A stretch of 64,000 nt of DNA from NCBI GenBank assembly GCA_016861205.1, contig BOKX01000001.1, positions 8,539-72,538 of the forward strand, in the 5' to 3' direction. Position numbers and translations under genes: made by a program. Of this stretch, positions 9,605-19,688 are shown in pieces. Source of the DNA: Patescibacteria group bacterium. GTDB taxonomy: Bacteria > Patescibacteriota > Microgenomatia > UBA1400 > PJMF01. Numbering within the stretch: the stretch's first letter is position 1; each line of letters starts with the position of its first letter. Under the pieces are notes generated by a model, which saw only the letters and a program-made list of their open reading frames with translations, ran no database searches and was not told the origin of the DNA.

Positions 9605-9895
9605 ATGACAACATCAACGCCCGTTTCTACTCATCATAAGTCGCACGATCAGCTGCTCGCTGAGCTCGCGGCTGCCAAAACAAAAGTTCAGGTCGGAGGT
9701 CGATACGCTCACTACAAATATCCAGAAAACACCTATCTGGTCATTGGGCTGGGTTTTCGTGAAGCCAGCGATAGTTTGTGTGTAATGTACCAAGCTGAGT
9801 ACGATCCAAGTTTAGTGTTCATCAGAGAGCTTGAAAGTTGGTTAGAAACCCCTGAAGTGAACGGAGTTAAAGTTCCGCGTTTTTTGGCCATTTAG
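9605..9895 (+). CDS. DUF1653 family small protein
   Basis: GRYAHYKYPENTYLVIGL...VMYQAEYDP matches the DUF1653 signature (YRHYKG..Y.V). Start at MTTSTPVS. Confidence 0.5.
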   Translation: MTTSTPVSTHHKSHDQLLAELAAAKTKVQVGGRYAHYKYPENTYLVIGLGFREASDSLCVMYQAEYDPSLVFIRELESWLETPEVNGVKVPRFLAI

Positions 9896-10269
9896 GATTG
9901 AGAGATTTGCCCTAGGTTGACTTCTCGAATAAACTTTTTTTGGGGGAAACGACCACTAACGTTGCCTTTTTCTTGCAATTCTTGAATGTGGCTTTCAAAG
10001 TATGTTGTGCAGACCCATATCTGCAGAATGAAATCCATTCCATCTAATGCTGAAGGCGGTACAGCATCAAGGGTTTTTTGGTAATCTTGGAGGGCTTGTT
10101 CAGGGCCGGCAAACACATCCATTGTGCTACCAATTTCGGCTATCCGTTTGTTTTCACTATTCATGAGCCGGGCAACCCAACAGAATCCAAGTACAGAGTA
10201 GGGTTTATCACTTGGATCAAACCAGGATTCGGAGTTTTCTATCATATCAATTTGACGGCTGGCGACCAT
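9892..10269 (-). CDS. Hypothetical protein
   Basis: ORF trimmed to the Met of MVASRQIDMIENSE so that it does not overlap tRNA-Cys. No recognisable domain. Confidence 0.4.
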   Translation of the reverse strand: MVASRQIDMIENSESWFDPSDKPYSVLGFCWVARLMNSENKRIAEIGSTMDVFAGPEQALQDYQKTLDAVPPSALDGMDFILQIWVCTTYFESHIQELQEKGNVSGRFPQKKFIREVNLGQISQS

Positions 10270-10307
10270 CTCCTTCTGGGCAAGGTGATATGTTAAAAGG
10301 TTGAGTG

Positions 10308-10381
10308 AGGCACGGAGGGGATTCGAACCCCTGAACGGAGGTTTTGCAGACCTCGCCATTAGGCCACTCTGGTACCGTGCC
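10308..10381 (-). tRNA. tRNA-Cys (anticodon GCA)
   Basis: The reverse complement gives GGCACGG..CCGTGCC acceptor, a 3-bp D-stem (CCA/TGG) typical of tRNA-Cys, anticodon stem GAGGT/ACCTC with loop CTGCAAA, and T-arm GGGGTTCGAATCCCC. Confidence 0.88.
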
Positions 10382-10425
10382 ACTGTTGCCGATTATAACG
10401 TGTCCGGGCTACTGGTCAAAAGCAA

Positions 10426-11148
10426 TTGTTTTGCAGTTGGTCAGCCAGTACAATCGAAGTTATGCCTTCACCCTGGATGATCTCACTGCAGAAATGGTTA
10501 GTTCATGTTAAGCCACAACTGATTTTTTTGTTTCAGGTAGCCGAAGGTTTTGTGGTAGCCGCCTGGCTAGTTGGGGCTACTTTATTTGTGCTGGAGCCAA
10601 CTTGGCGAGTTTGGCTTTATGACCTGGGTCGCCAGTTTGGGGTGGTGGCTCTCTCGTTGTACTTGTCGACTTTGGTCCCGGGCATTATGCAGCGGTTGCA
10701 GTTTCAGCCGTTATTGGCGGCTATGATTATGCCTTTCAGGCGACACTTGGGCATCCTTATGTTTTTGACTGCCTGTGTGCACATGAGTTTAACTTCCAGT
10801 CTGTTTTACATTGCGGCTGGTGTGCCTCTGGCACTCAACTGGGGACAAGTGGCCGGGCTCAGTACTCTGTCGGTTTTGCTGCCGCTGTGGCTAACGTCCA
10901 ACGATCCATCGCAAAAGTACCTTGGCAAAAACTGGAAACGACTTCATAAACTGACATATGTTGCATTATTTCTGGTTTTTGCCCACTTGGTTTTGTTTCA
11001 AAAAAAGTGGTTAATACCGACAGGTATTATGATTGGGTTTGAAGCCTGGTCATGGTTTGTCCTTTGGACGCGAGCTAAGAAAACTCCGGCACCAGATAGC
11101 CAAGCGGCCCCTACCCCACCAGTTACCCAAACTCCACCAACTGAGTAG
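10426..11148 (+). CDS. Ferric-reductase-like transmembrane protein (MsrQ/YedZ-like heme-binding membrane subunit)
   Basis: Six-TM protein with the conserved WKRLHKLTYVALFLVFAHLV block, resembling MsrQ/YedZ. Pro/Thr-rich C-terminal tail. Confidence 0.5.
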   Translation: MFCSWSASTIEVMPSPWMISLQKWLVHVKPQLIFLFQVAEGFVVAAWLVGATLFVLEPTWRVWLYDLGRQFGVVALSLYLSTLVPGIMQRLQFQPLLAAMIMPFRRHLGILMFLTACVHMSLTSSLFYIAAGVPLALNWGQVAGLSTLSVLLPLWLTSNDPSQKYLGKNWKRLHKLTYVALFLVFAHLVLFQKKWLIPTGIMIGFEAWSWFVLWTRAKKTPAPDSQAAPTPPVTQTPPTE

Positions 11149-11180
11149 ACACTGTCCTCAGTTGTTGCTATTATTTTGGT

Positions 11181-12137
11181 ATGACAAAACTCCGGACCTT
11201 TGTACGAACCTTTATCAAGTCGTGTTTCGACCCCAGTTACTACCGTGACATTTGGCACGCTAAACCCAGCTTTTCTTGGCAGTATTTCTTGTTTTTGCAG
11301 GCCATTTTATCGGTGATCGTCACCGTTTGGGTCATGATTCCCATTGCAGCTTTCAACTTGAGTGCCACCATCAGTGATGTAGCGAAGCATTACCCACAAG
11401 AGCTTGTTATCAAACTTGACCAATCAGGGGTGCACATTAATCAGCCACTGCCCTATCAAATTGCCATGCCCAAAGAAAAACAGTACTACGACATGCAGGA
11501 AGGTGACACACCAGACTATCTCGTCACCTTCGCCGATGACGCGACCGTGAATGGTTTAAGCGACGTCTATGCATACGACTCAGTTGCCGTCGTCACGCAA
11601 TCAACCGCCTACTTCATCAAAGACCTAGATACTCGGGAAGTTCGAGCCTATCCATTAACCAATGGTGAAATGACTCAACCGCTCGAAGTATCAGCCGCTC
11701 AGATCGAGATGTGGAAGAACAAAGTCATGGAACTGCCGGTCATTAAACATCGTTGGTATGTGGCTCCGATTGCAGCGGTGATCTTCACCTTTGTTTGGGT
11801 CGGTATGACCTTAGTTCGCTTGATCACGTTAGCAATCTACACGGCCGCCGTGTGGGTGGCAGTCAAGGTGTTCTTTAAGGGCAAGACATTCGAGTATGGC
11901 ACGCTGTTCCGCTTTGGTCTGCACTCACTGACTCTGATCGTGTTGATTGCCATGATCACTAGCTATGCCGGTTATGACGTCCTGCATGGGGGCTGGTACT
12001 TCCTGGCTTACCTGATTTGGACGTTGGTGTGTGTGAATGCAGCCGCTGGTAGTTCCACAACCCGAATGGCTGCAGCTCCAAAAGCAATAGCAAAATCACG
12101 GGCCAAAAAGCCCGCCGCCAAAGCCAAAAGAAAGTAA
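11181..12137 (+). CDS. DUF1189-like membrane protein
   Basis: N-terminal block FIKSCFDPSYYRDI followed by TM helices and a C-terminal TM cluster plus a Lys/Ala-rich tail. The architecture resembles DUF1189. Confidence 0.4.
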   Translation: MTKLRTFVRTFIKSCFDPSYYRDIWHAKPSFSWQYFLFLQAILSVIVTVWVMIPIAAFNLSATISDVAKHYPQELVIKLDQSGVHINQPLPYQIAMPKEKQYYDMQEGDTPDYLVTFADDATVNGLSDVYAYDSVAVVTQSTAYFIKDLDTREVRAYPLTNGEMTQPLEVSAAQIEMWKNKVMELPVIKHRWYVAPIAAVIFTFVWVGMTLVRLITLAIYTAAVWVAVKVFFKGKTFEYGTLFRFGLHSLTLIVLIAMITSYAGYDVLHGGWYFLAYLIWTLVCVNAAAGSSTTRMAAAPKAIAKSRAKKPAAKAKRK

Positions 12138-12188
12138 TATCGGCGGTTTTCTGCCTGATTTGTCGAGCAAAGCTGGTACAATACCCGC

Positions 12189-13352
12189 ATGCCGTCGCAG
12201 GCCAAAACCTACTATATTCATACCTTCGGGTGCCAATCAAACAAGAGCGATTCAGAACGCATTGCTGGTGACTACGAAGCTCGAGGCTTTGCTGAGGCCA
12301 AGGATTGGCGCGTGTGTGACGAGTTAGTGGTGAACACCTGTGCAGTTCGCCAACGGGCGGAAGATCGGGCTAAAGGGTTTTTACACAACGTAGCGGTGTA
12401 CTTCCATGAGCATGGTCAACGTCGTCCTAAAATCATTTTGACCGGCTGCATGACTCACCACGGCCACGACAAGTTGTACGAGATGCTGCCAATTGTCGAT
12501 GAAATTTTGCCGATCAATGAAGTCGGCTTTAACCAAGCCGCAGTTCGCAAAGATGAGTATCATGCTTGGTTGCCGATCTCGACTGGCTGCAACTCATTTT
12601 GTACCTACTGCATCGTGCCCTACTCGCGTGGGCGTGAGGCCTCACGGAGTTTTGAGTCAATCATGACCGAGGTTGATGACCTGGTCAAACGAGGCTACCG
12701 AGAAATCACGTTGTTGGGCATGAATGTGAACTCATGGGGTTTGGAAAAAGTGGGCATTGGTTTTCGCAAACTGATGTTGGAGAACAAAAACTTCACCCGT
12801 GAAGACTTACCAGACAACCAAACCCAGTATTTGTCACCAACTGGTACGCCACCATTCGTAAAACTCATCCAAGCTATTTCCGCGTATCCTGAAATTACGA
12901 AACTGCGGTTTTTGACCAGCAATCCTTGGGATTTTCACGATGAGCTCATCGAGGAAATTGCCAACAACCCCAAAATTGATCGCTACATTCACCTGCCGAT
13001 TCAGTCAGGCAGTAACGAGGTTTTGTACCGAATGAACCGCGGTTACACGCGCGAGAGTTATGTGGAGCTAGTCAAAAAGTTGCGAGCTGCCGCTCCGGAC
13101 ATTGTGATTGGTACCGACATCATTGTTGGTTTTCCCGGTGAGACCGAGGCTGAGTTTGAAGAGACAGTCAGTTTGGCCAAAGATATAAACTGGAAAGTGG
13201 CGTTTGTAGCGATTTACTCCCCCCGACCTGGGACCGCCAGTTGGCGAATTTATCCTGATGAGATTCCTCACTCTGTCAAAAAGCAACGCTGGGAAGTCTT
13301 GGATCAAATCATTAACAAGGATCAGCTAGCAGATCGGCCAGTGATTGTGTAA
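12189..13352 (+). CDS. miaB: tRNA methylthiotransferase MiaB-like (radical SAM MTTase; no C-terminal TRAM domain)
   Basis: MTTase N-domain (YYIHTFGCQSNKSDSE, LTGCM) and radical-SAM CxxxCxxC (CNSFCTYC). Ends at ...QRWEVLDQIINKDQ, about where a TRAM domain would normally begin. Adjacent to miaA. Confidence 0.8.
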   Translation: MPSQAKTYYIHTFGCQSNKSDSERIAGDYEARGFAEAKDWRVCDELVVNTCAVRQRAEDRAKGFLHNVAVYFHEHGQRRPKIILTGCMTHHGHDKLYEMLPIVDEILPINEVGFNQAAVRKDEYHAWLPISTGCNSFCTYCIVPYSRGREASRSFESIMTEVDDLVKRGYREITLLGMNVNSWGLEKVGIGFRKLMLENKNFTREDLPDNQTQYLSPTGTPPFVKLIQAISAYPEITKLRFLTSNPWDFHDELIEEIANNPKIDRYIHLPIQSGSNEVLYRMNRGYTRESYVELVKKLRAAAPDIVIGTDIIVGFPGETEAEFEETVSLAKDINWKVAFVAIYSPRPGTASWRIYPDEIPHSVKKQRWEVLDQIINKDQLADRPVIV

Positions 13353-13387
13353 GGCCTCACAAGTTGGTGAGAGAGAGCTGGTATGCC

Positions 13388-14392
13388 ATGAAGTCAGTAT
13401 CACCCGTCGTTATTTCTCTGATCGGTCCGACAGCAGTTGGCAAAACAGCAGCTGCTGAGTGGCTGATCAAACAGTGTTTGGCGGCAGGTTGGAATGGCGT
13501 TGACCTAGTGGTGGCCGATTCACGGCAAGTGTATCAGGGACTTGAGATCGTGAGTGGCGCTGATATTAATCCTGATTTGCAACCTGTGCAGCAACCAAAC
13601 CTGCCGTATCGCAGCTGGGTGCGCGACGCCGTGGAGTGGCATGGTGTCAGCATCATTAAACCTGATGAGGAGTGGTCGGTAGCACACTTTCAGACTTTGT
13701 TTCAAGCGGTTTGGCAACGTGCGCTGGCAGAACAGCGAGTAGTTTTGTTGGTTGGTGGTACCGGTTTATACCATGATCATATTTTTACCACCGATCCCGC
13801 TTTGCATGTGCCGCCGGATGCGGTATTGCGGGCCAAAACTGCCCAGCTGACTGTGGCTGAACTGCAGGCTCTCGTTTCAGCCGAGCAACCTGCTCGTTGG
13901 CAAGCTATGAATCAGTCAGACCGATCCAATCCTCGGCGGCTGGTTCGGGCATTAGAAATTGGTCAGACACCGTCGCTCAGCACTGAACAACTGTCGCCGT
14001 CTCCGGAGATGGGGCCGCGGCCACCTCACCAGTATTGGGGGTTAATTGACAGCCTTGAGACCATTCGTGCTCGAATTGTGACGCGAGTTGAGCAGCGTTG
14101 GCAGCAGGGAGCCTTGGGTGAAGTCGAGGCTTTGTTAGCGCAGTTTCAGTCGGCTGAGGCGGCTGTAAAGTGGCCGGCGTTGAGTGCAACCGGAGTTAAA
14201 GAGTTAGCGGCGTACTTGGCAGATCAACTGACCGAGGAGCAAGCCAAGCAACTTTGGGCTCAACGCGAGTTTCAGTATGCGAAACGACAATTGACCTGGT
14301 GGCGAAAACAGCCAGCGGTTCAGTGGGTGGATGTTGTTGAACCGGGTTACCTTGAGCTGTTATGGCGGCATGGCAAAAACTTGCTATACTAA
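13388..14392 (+). CDS. miaA: tRNA dimethylallyltransferase
   Basis: P-loop ISLIGPTAVGKT and DSRQVYQGLEIVSGA are MiaA signatures. Start taken at MKSVSP; the ORF-track start is an upstream TTG. Confidence 0.85.
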   Translation: MKSVSPVVISLIGPTAVGKTAAAEWLIKQCLAAGWNGVDLVVADSRQVYQGLEIVSGADINPDLQPVQQPNLPYRSWVRDAVEWHGVSIIKPDEEWSVAHFQTLFQAVWQRALAEQRVVLLVGGTGLYHDHIFTTDPALHVPPDAVLRAKTAQLTVAELQALVSAEQPARWQAMNQSDRSNPRRLVRALEIGQTPSLSTEQLSPSPEMGPRPPHQYWGLIDSLETIRARIVTRVEQRWQQGALGEVEALLAQFQSAEAAVKWPALSATGVKELAAYLADQLTEEQAKQLWAQREFQYAKRQLTWWRKQPAVQWVDVVEPGYLELLWRHGKNLLY

Positions 14393-14409
14393 GAGCAAGG
14401 AGTAACTCC

Positions 14410-15423
14410 ATGTTGTCATTCGGTTCCAATCAGCGCAGTGTCACCATTTCACCTTCAGTGGTGGTGTTTGGCGTTTTCCTGGTGCTTTTTCTCTACTTTT
14501 TGTTTTTCATCCGATCCATTCTGACACTCTTGTTCTTAGCATTCATTGTGATGGTAGCGTTGAATCCCGCGGTGACTGGTTTGGAGAAACGCTTGCGTAT
14601 TCCCCGGGCACTGAGTACCGCGTTGGTGTATTTAGTGGTGTTTGGTTTAATTGCAACCTTGCTTGCCTGGATTGTGCCGGCCAGTGTTCAGCAGTTGTAC
14701 CTGTTGGTTCGAGCTTTTGACATTCCGTTCCTGCAAGATGAAATTCGTAATATTCGCCTTGACCTGAGCGAACTCTCCGCTTTAGCAGGTCGAGTTGGAG
14801 ACTCAGTTGGTTTTGTGTTCTCATTGATTTCTTCAACGTTTGCAGGCATCTTTACTGCTTTCACTCTAATTGTGATGTCATTTTACTTGATGTTGGATCG
14901 ACCGTATTTACATCTCAAGGTCAAGTGGTTTACGAAGCGCGCTGAGACAGTCAAGCTGGCCAAAGAGTTTTTGGACTCGGTGGAGAGTCAACTTGGTGGC
15001 TGGGTACGAGGGCAGTTTATTTTAATGCTGGTGATTGGATTGGTGACGTACTTGGGTTTACTTCTGCTCGGTGTTCCCTACGCACTGCCGTTGGCAGTCG
15101 TAGCTGGTTTGTTAGAGATTGTGCCAAATCTTGGCCCAACACTGGCGGCGGTACCCAGTATTATCCTGGCTTACTTAACCATGGGGCCAGTTTCAGCTGG
15201 TTTGACAGTTTTGTTCTACATTATTGTGCAACAGTTGGAAAACAACATCATTGTGCCAAAGATTTTAAAAGACAATGCTGATGTCAATCCATTAGTTGCT
15301 ATCGTGACGATTCTGATTGGGTTGCAGGTGGGCGGAGTGATCGGTGCGTTATTGTCAGTGCCAGCTTACATTGTGCTGCGAACACTGTACAGCTTATGGC
15401 TGCGCGAGTACGCAAATCGCTAA
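14410..15423 (+). CDS. AI-2E family transporter (UPF0118/PerM-like permease)
   Basis: Eight-TM protein with AI-2E-like blocks (NPAVTGLEKRLRIPRALSTALVYLVVFGL). Strong RBS AAGGAG 7 nt upstream of ATG 14410. Confidence 0.6.
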   Translation: MLSFGSNQRSVTISPSVVVFGVFLVLFLYFLFFIRSILTLLFLAFIVMVALNPAVTGLEKRLRIPRALSTALVYLVVFGLIATLLAWIVPASVQQLYLLVRAFDIPFLQDEIRNIRLDLSELSALAGRVGDSVGFVFSLISSTFAGIFTAFTLIVMSFYLMLDRPYLHLKVKWFTKRAETVKLAKEFLDSVESQLGGWVRGQFILMLVIGLVTYLGLLLLGVPYALPLAVVAGLLEIVPNLGPTLAAVPSIILAYLTMGPVSAGLTVLFYIIVQQLENNIIVPKILKDNADVNPLVAIVTILIGLQVGGVIGALLSVPAYIVLRTLYSLWLREYANR

Positions 15424-15499
15424 TCACTAATAGATTGATCTATAACCATTTTCTCGGTATCTCTACTCTTGACCTTTCAACTATTATAGGCTAAAGTAC

Positions 15500-15833
15500 T
15501 GGTGGGCACAGTTAAGTGATGGCCCCAAGCTCTCGAAGTTTGGGGAGGAAAGTCCGGACAGCAGGACAAAAGGTGCTTTGTCGAAAGGCAAAGGCTCCAC
15601 CTCGGTGGAGACAGTTAGAGCCACAGTGACGATGCGGGTGGCGCCGCGTGAAACGACCAAGCCTCTGGGTATCTCGCTTCGGCGAGAGGGTAATCCTCCC
15701 TGCTGCAACTGCCGAACTTCACCGTAATGGAGTTGTCCCCTTTTCCTCATTTTTAATGAGGTCGGTGATAAGGACGCAGGCATAGATAGATCATCACTCT
15801 CGACAGAATCTGGCTTATCGACTGTGCCCACTT
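15500..15833 (+). ncRNA. rnpB: RNase P RNA (bacterial type A)
   Basis: Conserved P4 strands GGAGGAAAGTCCGG (5' part) and ACAGAATCTGGCTTATCG (3' part). P1 is formed by GTGGGCACAGT (15502-15512) pairing with ACTGTGCCCAC (15821-15831). Confidence 0.88.
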
Positions 15834-15887
15834 TTATTTTCAGACACTGGGTTTGCTCCGGCTCGGGTTGGTCGCTATAATAGGTCC

Positions 15888-16589
15888 ATGTTCACTTCTC
15901 TCCCTTTTGTTACGGACTCGGTTTGGACGTACGTCTCGAGTCAAACATTGAACGAAATTTCCTTGTTTTTGCCACGCTTGATTGCCGCAATTTTGGTGTT
16001 GTTATTGGGTGCGGCTGTGGCCAAGCTTGTTAAGCGGGTGGTGATCAAAATCCTCGAGGCTATGATGGTTTCGAAGTTGGTCAAAAATACCCCTGTTGAT
16101 CACTTTTTGCAAAACGCTGAGCTTGGTCAAAAAACTGAAGACATCGTTGGTTCAGTTGTTTACTGGCTCTTGATGTTGGTGGTGATTCACACCAGCGTTA
16201 CAGTTTTAGGTTTAACCCCTATTTCGGCTGTGCTGGCTCGAGTTCTGAACTACATTCCCAACGTTATCTCGGCCATCTTGGTTTTGTTCTTTGGTCTGTT
16301 GCTGGCTGGGGTGGTTGAGAGTGTCGTCAAAGCTTCCATCAAGAGTATCGATGGGAAAGCCTCTCGGCTGTTTGGCAAAATTGCCAGTTATATGGTCATG
16401 AGTGTAAGCGTGCTGGTTGGTATTTCCGAGCTAGGTATCGCTCGCGAGTTTATCATGATCTTGTTTGTGGGTTTGGTGACTATGATTTCGCTTGGTTTTG
16501 CTTTGGCATTAGGATTGGGCGCGAAAGATTTGGTGCGACAACTGTTGCAGGATTGGTACGAGCGAACTCGAGCTGAGGTTAAAGAATAA
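15888..16589 (+). CDS. Membrane protein with internal repeated TM-helix motif (MscS-type 'conserved TM helix' repeats?)
   Basis: 233 aa with four or more TM helices. Two internally similar halves (LIAAILVLLLGAAVAKLVKRVV.. / ISAILVLFFGLLLAGVVESVVKASIK..). Confidence 0.4.
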   Translation: MFTSLPFVTDSVWTYVSSQTLNEISLFLPRLIAAILVLLLGAAVAKLVKRVVIKILEAMMVSKLVKNTPVDHFLQNAELGQKTEDIVGSVVYWLLMLVVIHTSVTVLGLTPISAVLARVLNYIPNVISAILVLFFGLLLAGVVESVVKASIKSIDGKASRLFGKIASYMVMSVSVLVGISELGIAREFIMILFVGLVTMISLGFALALGLGAKDLVRQLLQDWYERTRAEVKE

Positions 16590-16604
16590 GCATAGGAACA
16601 GAGC

Positions 16605-17393
16605 ATGTCTTCACTTACCGTTTGGGAAGCGTTTTGGTTGGGCTTGGTACAGGGTTTAACCGAGTTTTTGCCAGTATCGAGCTCAGGTCATTTGGTTCTT
16701 TTTCAACAAGTTTTTGATTGGCACGCCACGCTAACGTTCGACGTTTTGTTGCACATGGCGACGTTAGTGGCTATCGTGACTTTCTTTGGTAAGAGCTTGT
16801 TTAAGGTCAGTCGCCGAGAGTGGTTGCTGGTGCTAGTCGGGACTATTCCGGCTGGAGTGGCAGGAGTGCTTTTCAAAGATCAAATTGAGGCTTTGTTTGC
16901 GAATGATGTCTGGGTGGGCTGGGAGTTGGTAGCCACTGGCGTTATCAACTTAGTCACTGATCGTCGGTTAAATCAGCTGGCAAAGCTGCAAAAGCCGACC
17001 GAGCCAAAAATCGAACACCAGCTTTCGTTGTGGGACTCGATCTGGATGGGGGTTGGTCAGGCGGTAGCAATTGTGCCCGGGATCTCTCGATCTGGAACGA
17101 CCGTGGCCACTGGTATTTGGCGTCGGGTTGATCGTGAAGCAGCCTTTCGCTTTTCATTTTTGCTGGCCATCCCTGCTTTAGCTGGAGCTGGGTTGCTGCA
17201 GGTTAAAGACACCACAGCAGCCGAGTGGGCTCAGTTGCCACTGATCCCGGTTGTTGTCGGATGTACCGCGGCGCTACTGAGTGGTTTAGCCAGTTTAATA
17301 GTTTTTCGTTGGGTTATTCAAAAGGCGCGGCTCGAGTGGTTCGGCTGGTACTGTGTGGTAGTGGGTATTGTGGCGATTTGGTGGCTGCGATAA
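16605..17393 (+). CDS. uppP: Undecaprenyl-diphosphatase
   Basis: Signatures GLVQGLTEFLPVSSSGHL and PGISRSGTT of the BacA/UppP family. Confidence 0.9.
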   Translation: MSSLTVWEAFWLGLVQGLTEFLPVSSSGHLVLFQQVFDWHATLTFDVLLHMATLVAIVTFFGKSLFKVSRREWLLVLVGTIPAGVAGVLFKDQIEALFANDVWVGWELVATGVINLVTDRRLNQLAKLQKPTEPKIEHQLSLWDSIWMGVGQAVAIVPGISRSGTTVATGIWRRVDREAAFRFSFLLAIPALAGAGLLQVKDTTAAEWAQLPLIPVVVGCTAALLSGLASLIVFRWVIQKARLEWFGWYCVVVGIVAIWWLR

Positions 17394-17408
17394 CATTTTC
17401 CGATTTTT

Positions 17409-18917
17409 TCATGCAATCAAGTCTGTTGGAGTTCGGTACAGGGCTGCCTCAGTTACGTGTGTCTTGCTGACTGTCTTTTCCCTAGCCAAATCAGCAATAG
17501 TTCGGCTGACTCTAGCTATTTTGAGTACGGCTCGCATAGATAGTTGATAGCGGTCATGCACCTGGTGCAGTGTTGTGATGGCGTCGGCAGCAAACTGACC
17601 GAGCTCACAGAGTTGTTGCCAGCTGGCCTGACTGTTATATGTGTGTGGTAAAGATTTCCATCGCTGCCGCTGTAGCCAGTGCGCGTGCTCAATTTGCAGC
17701 TTTAACTCAATGTAATTAGGTTCTGGTTGTGGTTGCTCTAGTTCGTGAGCCTGAATGTCATCGACCCAAACTTGTAAGTCAAATCGATCTTTAAGCGCGC
17801 CTGACAATCGTTGACCATAGTTTTTTTTGGCCTGAGCTGAGCAGCGACAGACATGGTGCGCAGAGCCGACTTGTCCACATGGACAAGGATTCGCGGTAGC
17901 AATGACACAGACTTGGGCGGGATACTCAACAGAACCTTGCGTAGTTGTGATGTGAATCATGCCTCGGTCAAGAGGTGGCCTGAGTGCAGCTAAACACTGC
18001 GAACGAAATTCTGGGAGCTCATCGAGGATGAGAATGCCTCGATGTGCGAGCGATAGTTCTCCAGGTTGTAAATGATGGCCGCCCCCCAACAAAGCTGTTT
18101 GAGTAATACTGTGGTGTGGCTGTCGGATCGGTCGTTGAGTCTGAAGCTGGGTTGTTAATCCTGCGATCGAGTGTAATTTGGTAACTTCTAGGCACTCAGT
18201 TTCTGTTAATGGAGGTAGCAGCGCCGCACAGCCTTGGGCCAGCTCTGTTTTGCCACATCCTGGCGAGCCAGTGAGCAACGCGTGGTGCCAACCAGCCATA
18301 GCGATACTTAAGGCACGTTTGGCAGTTATTTGGCCGATAATACCCAGCCAAGGTTGCGTGGGTGTGCCGTGCGGTTGAAATGGTGTCGGGGAAATGATGG
18401 GAAGGGCTCGACCGAGACGTGCCCAAGCCAGAATTTCACTCAAGTGCGAGACCTCATAGAGAGTAATGTTGCTGATAATCGAGACTTCGTGGCGATTGGC
18501 TTTTGGGAGGATGACCTTTTTAAATCCCATCGATTTCGCAGCTGATGCGAGGGCTAATGCTCCTTTTACTGGCTTAATAGATCCATCCAGTGACAGTTCC
18601 CCAAGGAATAGAGTGTCGTCGGTGCTGAGTTGAACGTCGCCGTACATCTTGAGCAAACCCACGGCCATTGCCAAGTCAAAGCTGGTAGCAGTTTTATGCA
18701 AGTCGGCAGGTGCTAAGTTGATGATGGTGCGTTTGCTTCGTATTTTGAGACCACAGTTGGCTAATGCCGAGGAGATTCTTTCCCGGGCTTCGTTGACCGC
18801 TTTAGAGGGTAAGCCAATCAGGGTTAACCCGGGGATACCACGAGTTCCATTGACCTCAACCTCAATCTTAATAGGTTGCAAACCGTGGAGGGCAGCCGTA
18901 AACACTCGAGCTAACAT
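17409..18917 (-). CDS. YifB/ComM family Mg-chelatase-like AAA+ ATPase
   Basis: N-terminal Lon-like domain (GLQPIKIEVEV..GLPGLTLIGLP), Walker A TGSPGCGKT, and a C-terminal Mg-chelatase subunit ChlI-like region. Confidence 0.85.
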   Translation of the reverse strand: MLARVFTAALHGLQPIKIEVEVNGTRGIPGLTLIGLPSKAVNEARERISSALANCGLKIRSKRTIINLAPADLHKTATSFDLAMAVGLLKMYGDVQLSTDDTLFLGELSLDGSIKPVKGALALASAAKSMGFKKVILPKANRHEVSIISNITLYEVSHLSEILAWARLGRALPIISPTPFQPHGTPTQPWLGIIGQITAKRALSIAMAGWHHALLTGSPGCGKTELAQGCAALLPPLTETECLEVTKLHSIAGLTTQLQTQRPIRQPHHSITQTALLGGGHHLQPGELSLAHRGILILDELPEFRSQCLAALRPPLDRGMIHITTTQGSVEYPAQVCVIATANPCPCGQVGSAHHVCRCSAQAKKNYGQRLSGALKDRFDLQVWVDDIQAHELEQPQPEPNYIELKLQIEHAHWLQRQRWKSLPHTYNSQASWQQLCELGQFAADAITTLHQVHDRYQLSMRAVLKIARVSRTIADLAREKTVSKTHVTEAALYRTPTDLIA

Positions 18918-18986
18918 ACCCTGAGTGTACGTGGAGAAGCTTGCGTGAAGCTTTAACCAGTAGATACAACGTTTTAGAAACTTGAC

Positions 18987-19685
18987 CTATGGAAACGTAA
19001 AACTAGCCAGGATTTGAGCGTACACTGGCTCTTGATATGGGGCGTAGATGATGAAGGTGTACATGCCATCGTTAAGCATCAAGATCGCCGGTTCTTGAGT
19101 ATTTGGAAGTGGATTTGCACCAGTAGTTGATTTCGTTTTGGCATCATCGTAGTTTAACCGGTCGTACCAAATTGCTAAACCTCGTCGAGTTCCGAATTCA
19201 AGAGGGGCGACCGCCATCTTTTTGCCAAAACACTTTTTATGCTTTTCACACTCAGCAAACTCCTTGAACTTATCAGCTAAGGAGCTCTGGCTCACATCAA
19301 CATAAAATGGATAATCCTGGCAGCTATCGGGCAAACAGACTCCCAAGTTGAGCCGATACTCGTGAGCTTGGTAGTTAGGTGGATAGTATATTGAGTAGCC
19401 AACTGTGGTATTACTTTGTTGTCGCCACACTTTGGGAGGAGCGGCCATTGTAATCACGACTGGGTTATCAATAAAGTGAACATCAGGATATTGCGTACGA
19501 TCGATGGTTTCAAATGAAAGTGGGAAAGGTGAAGACAGTGGTTGAACACTCAGTTCAGGTTGGGGTTTCACCATGCTTGGGCTCAGGAATTGAGCTTGTC
19601 GCCATGACAATGCTGTTACAACGACTACGACACACAGTAGCAAGAAAAAACGAACGGTATTTTTTTTCTTATTCGATTGTCGCAT
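18987..19685 (-). CDS. Hypothetical membrane-anchored/secreted protein
   Basis: N-terminal basic stretch plus hydrophobic anchor (FFLLLCVVVVVTAL), then a Cys-containing globular region. No recognisable domain. Confidence 0.4.
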   Translation of the reverse strand: MRQSNKKKNTVRFFLLLCVVVVVTALSWRQAQFLSPSMVKPQPELSVQPLSSPFPLSFETIDRTQYPDVHFIDNPVVITMAAPPKVWRQQSNTTVGYSIYYPPNYQAHEYRLNLGVCLPDSCQDYPFYVDVSQSSLADKFKEFAECEKHKKCFGKKMAVAPLEFGTRRGLAIWYDRLNYDDAKTKSTTGANPLPNTQEPAILMLNDGMYTFIIYAPYQEPVYAQILASFTFP

Positions 19686-19688
19686 GAC

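Noticed and set aside
15484-15831. 115-aa minus-strand ORF
   Set aside because: It lies entirely inside the RNase P RNA gene on the opposite strand (conserved GGAAAGTCCGG / ACAGAATCTGGCTTA blocks). It is a spurious reading frame.
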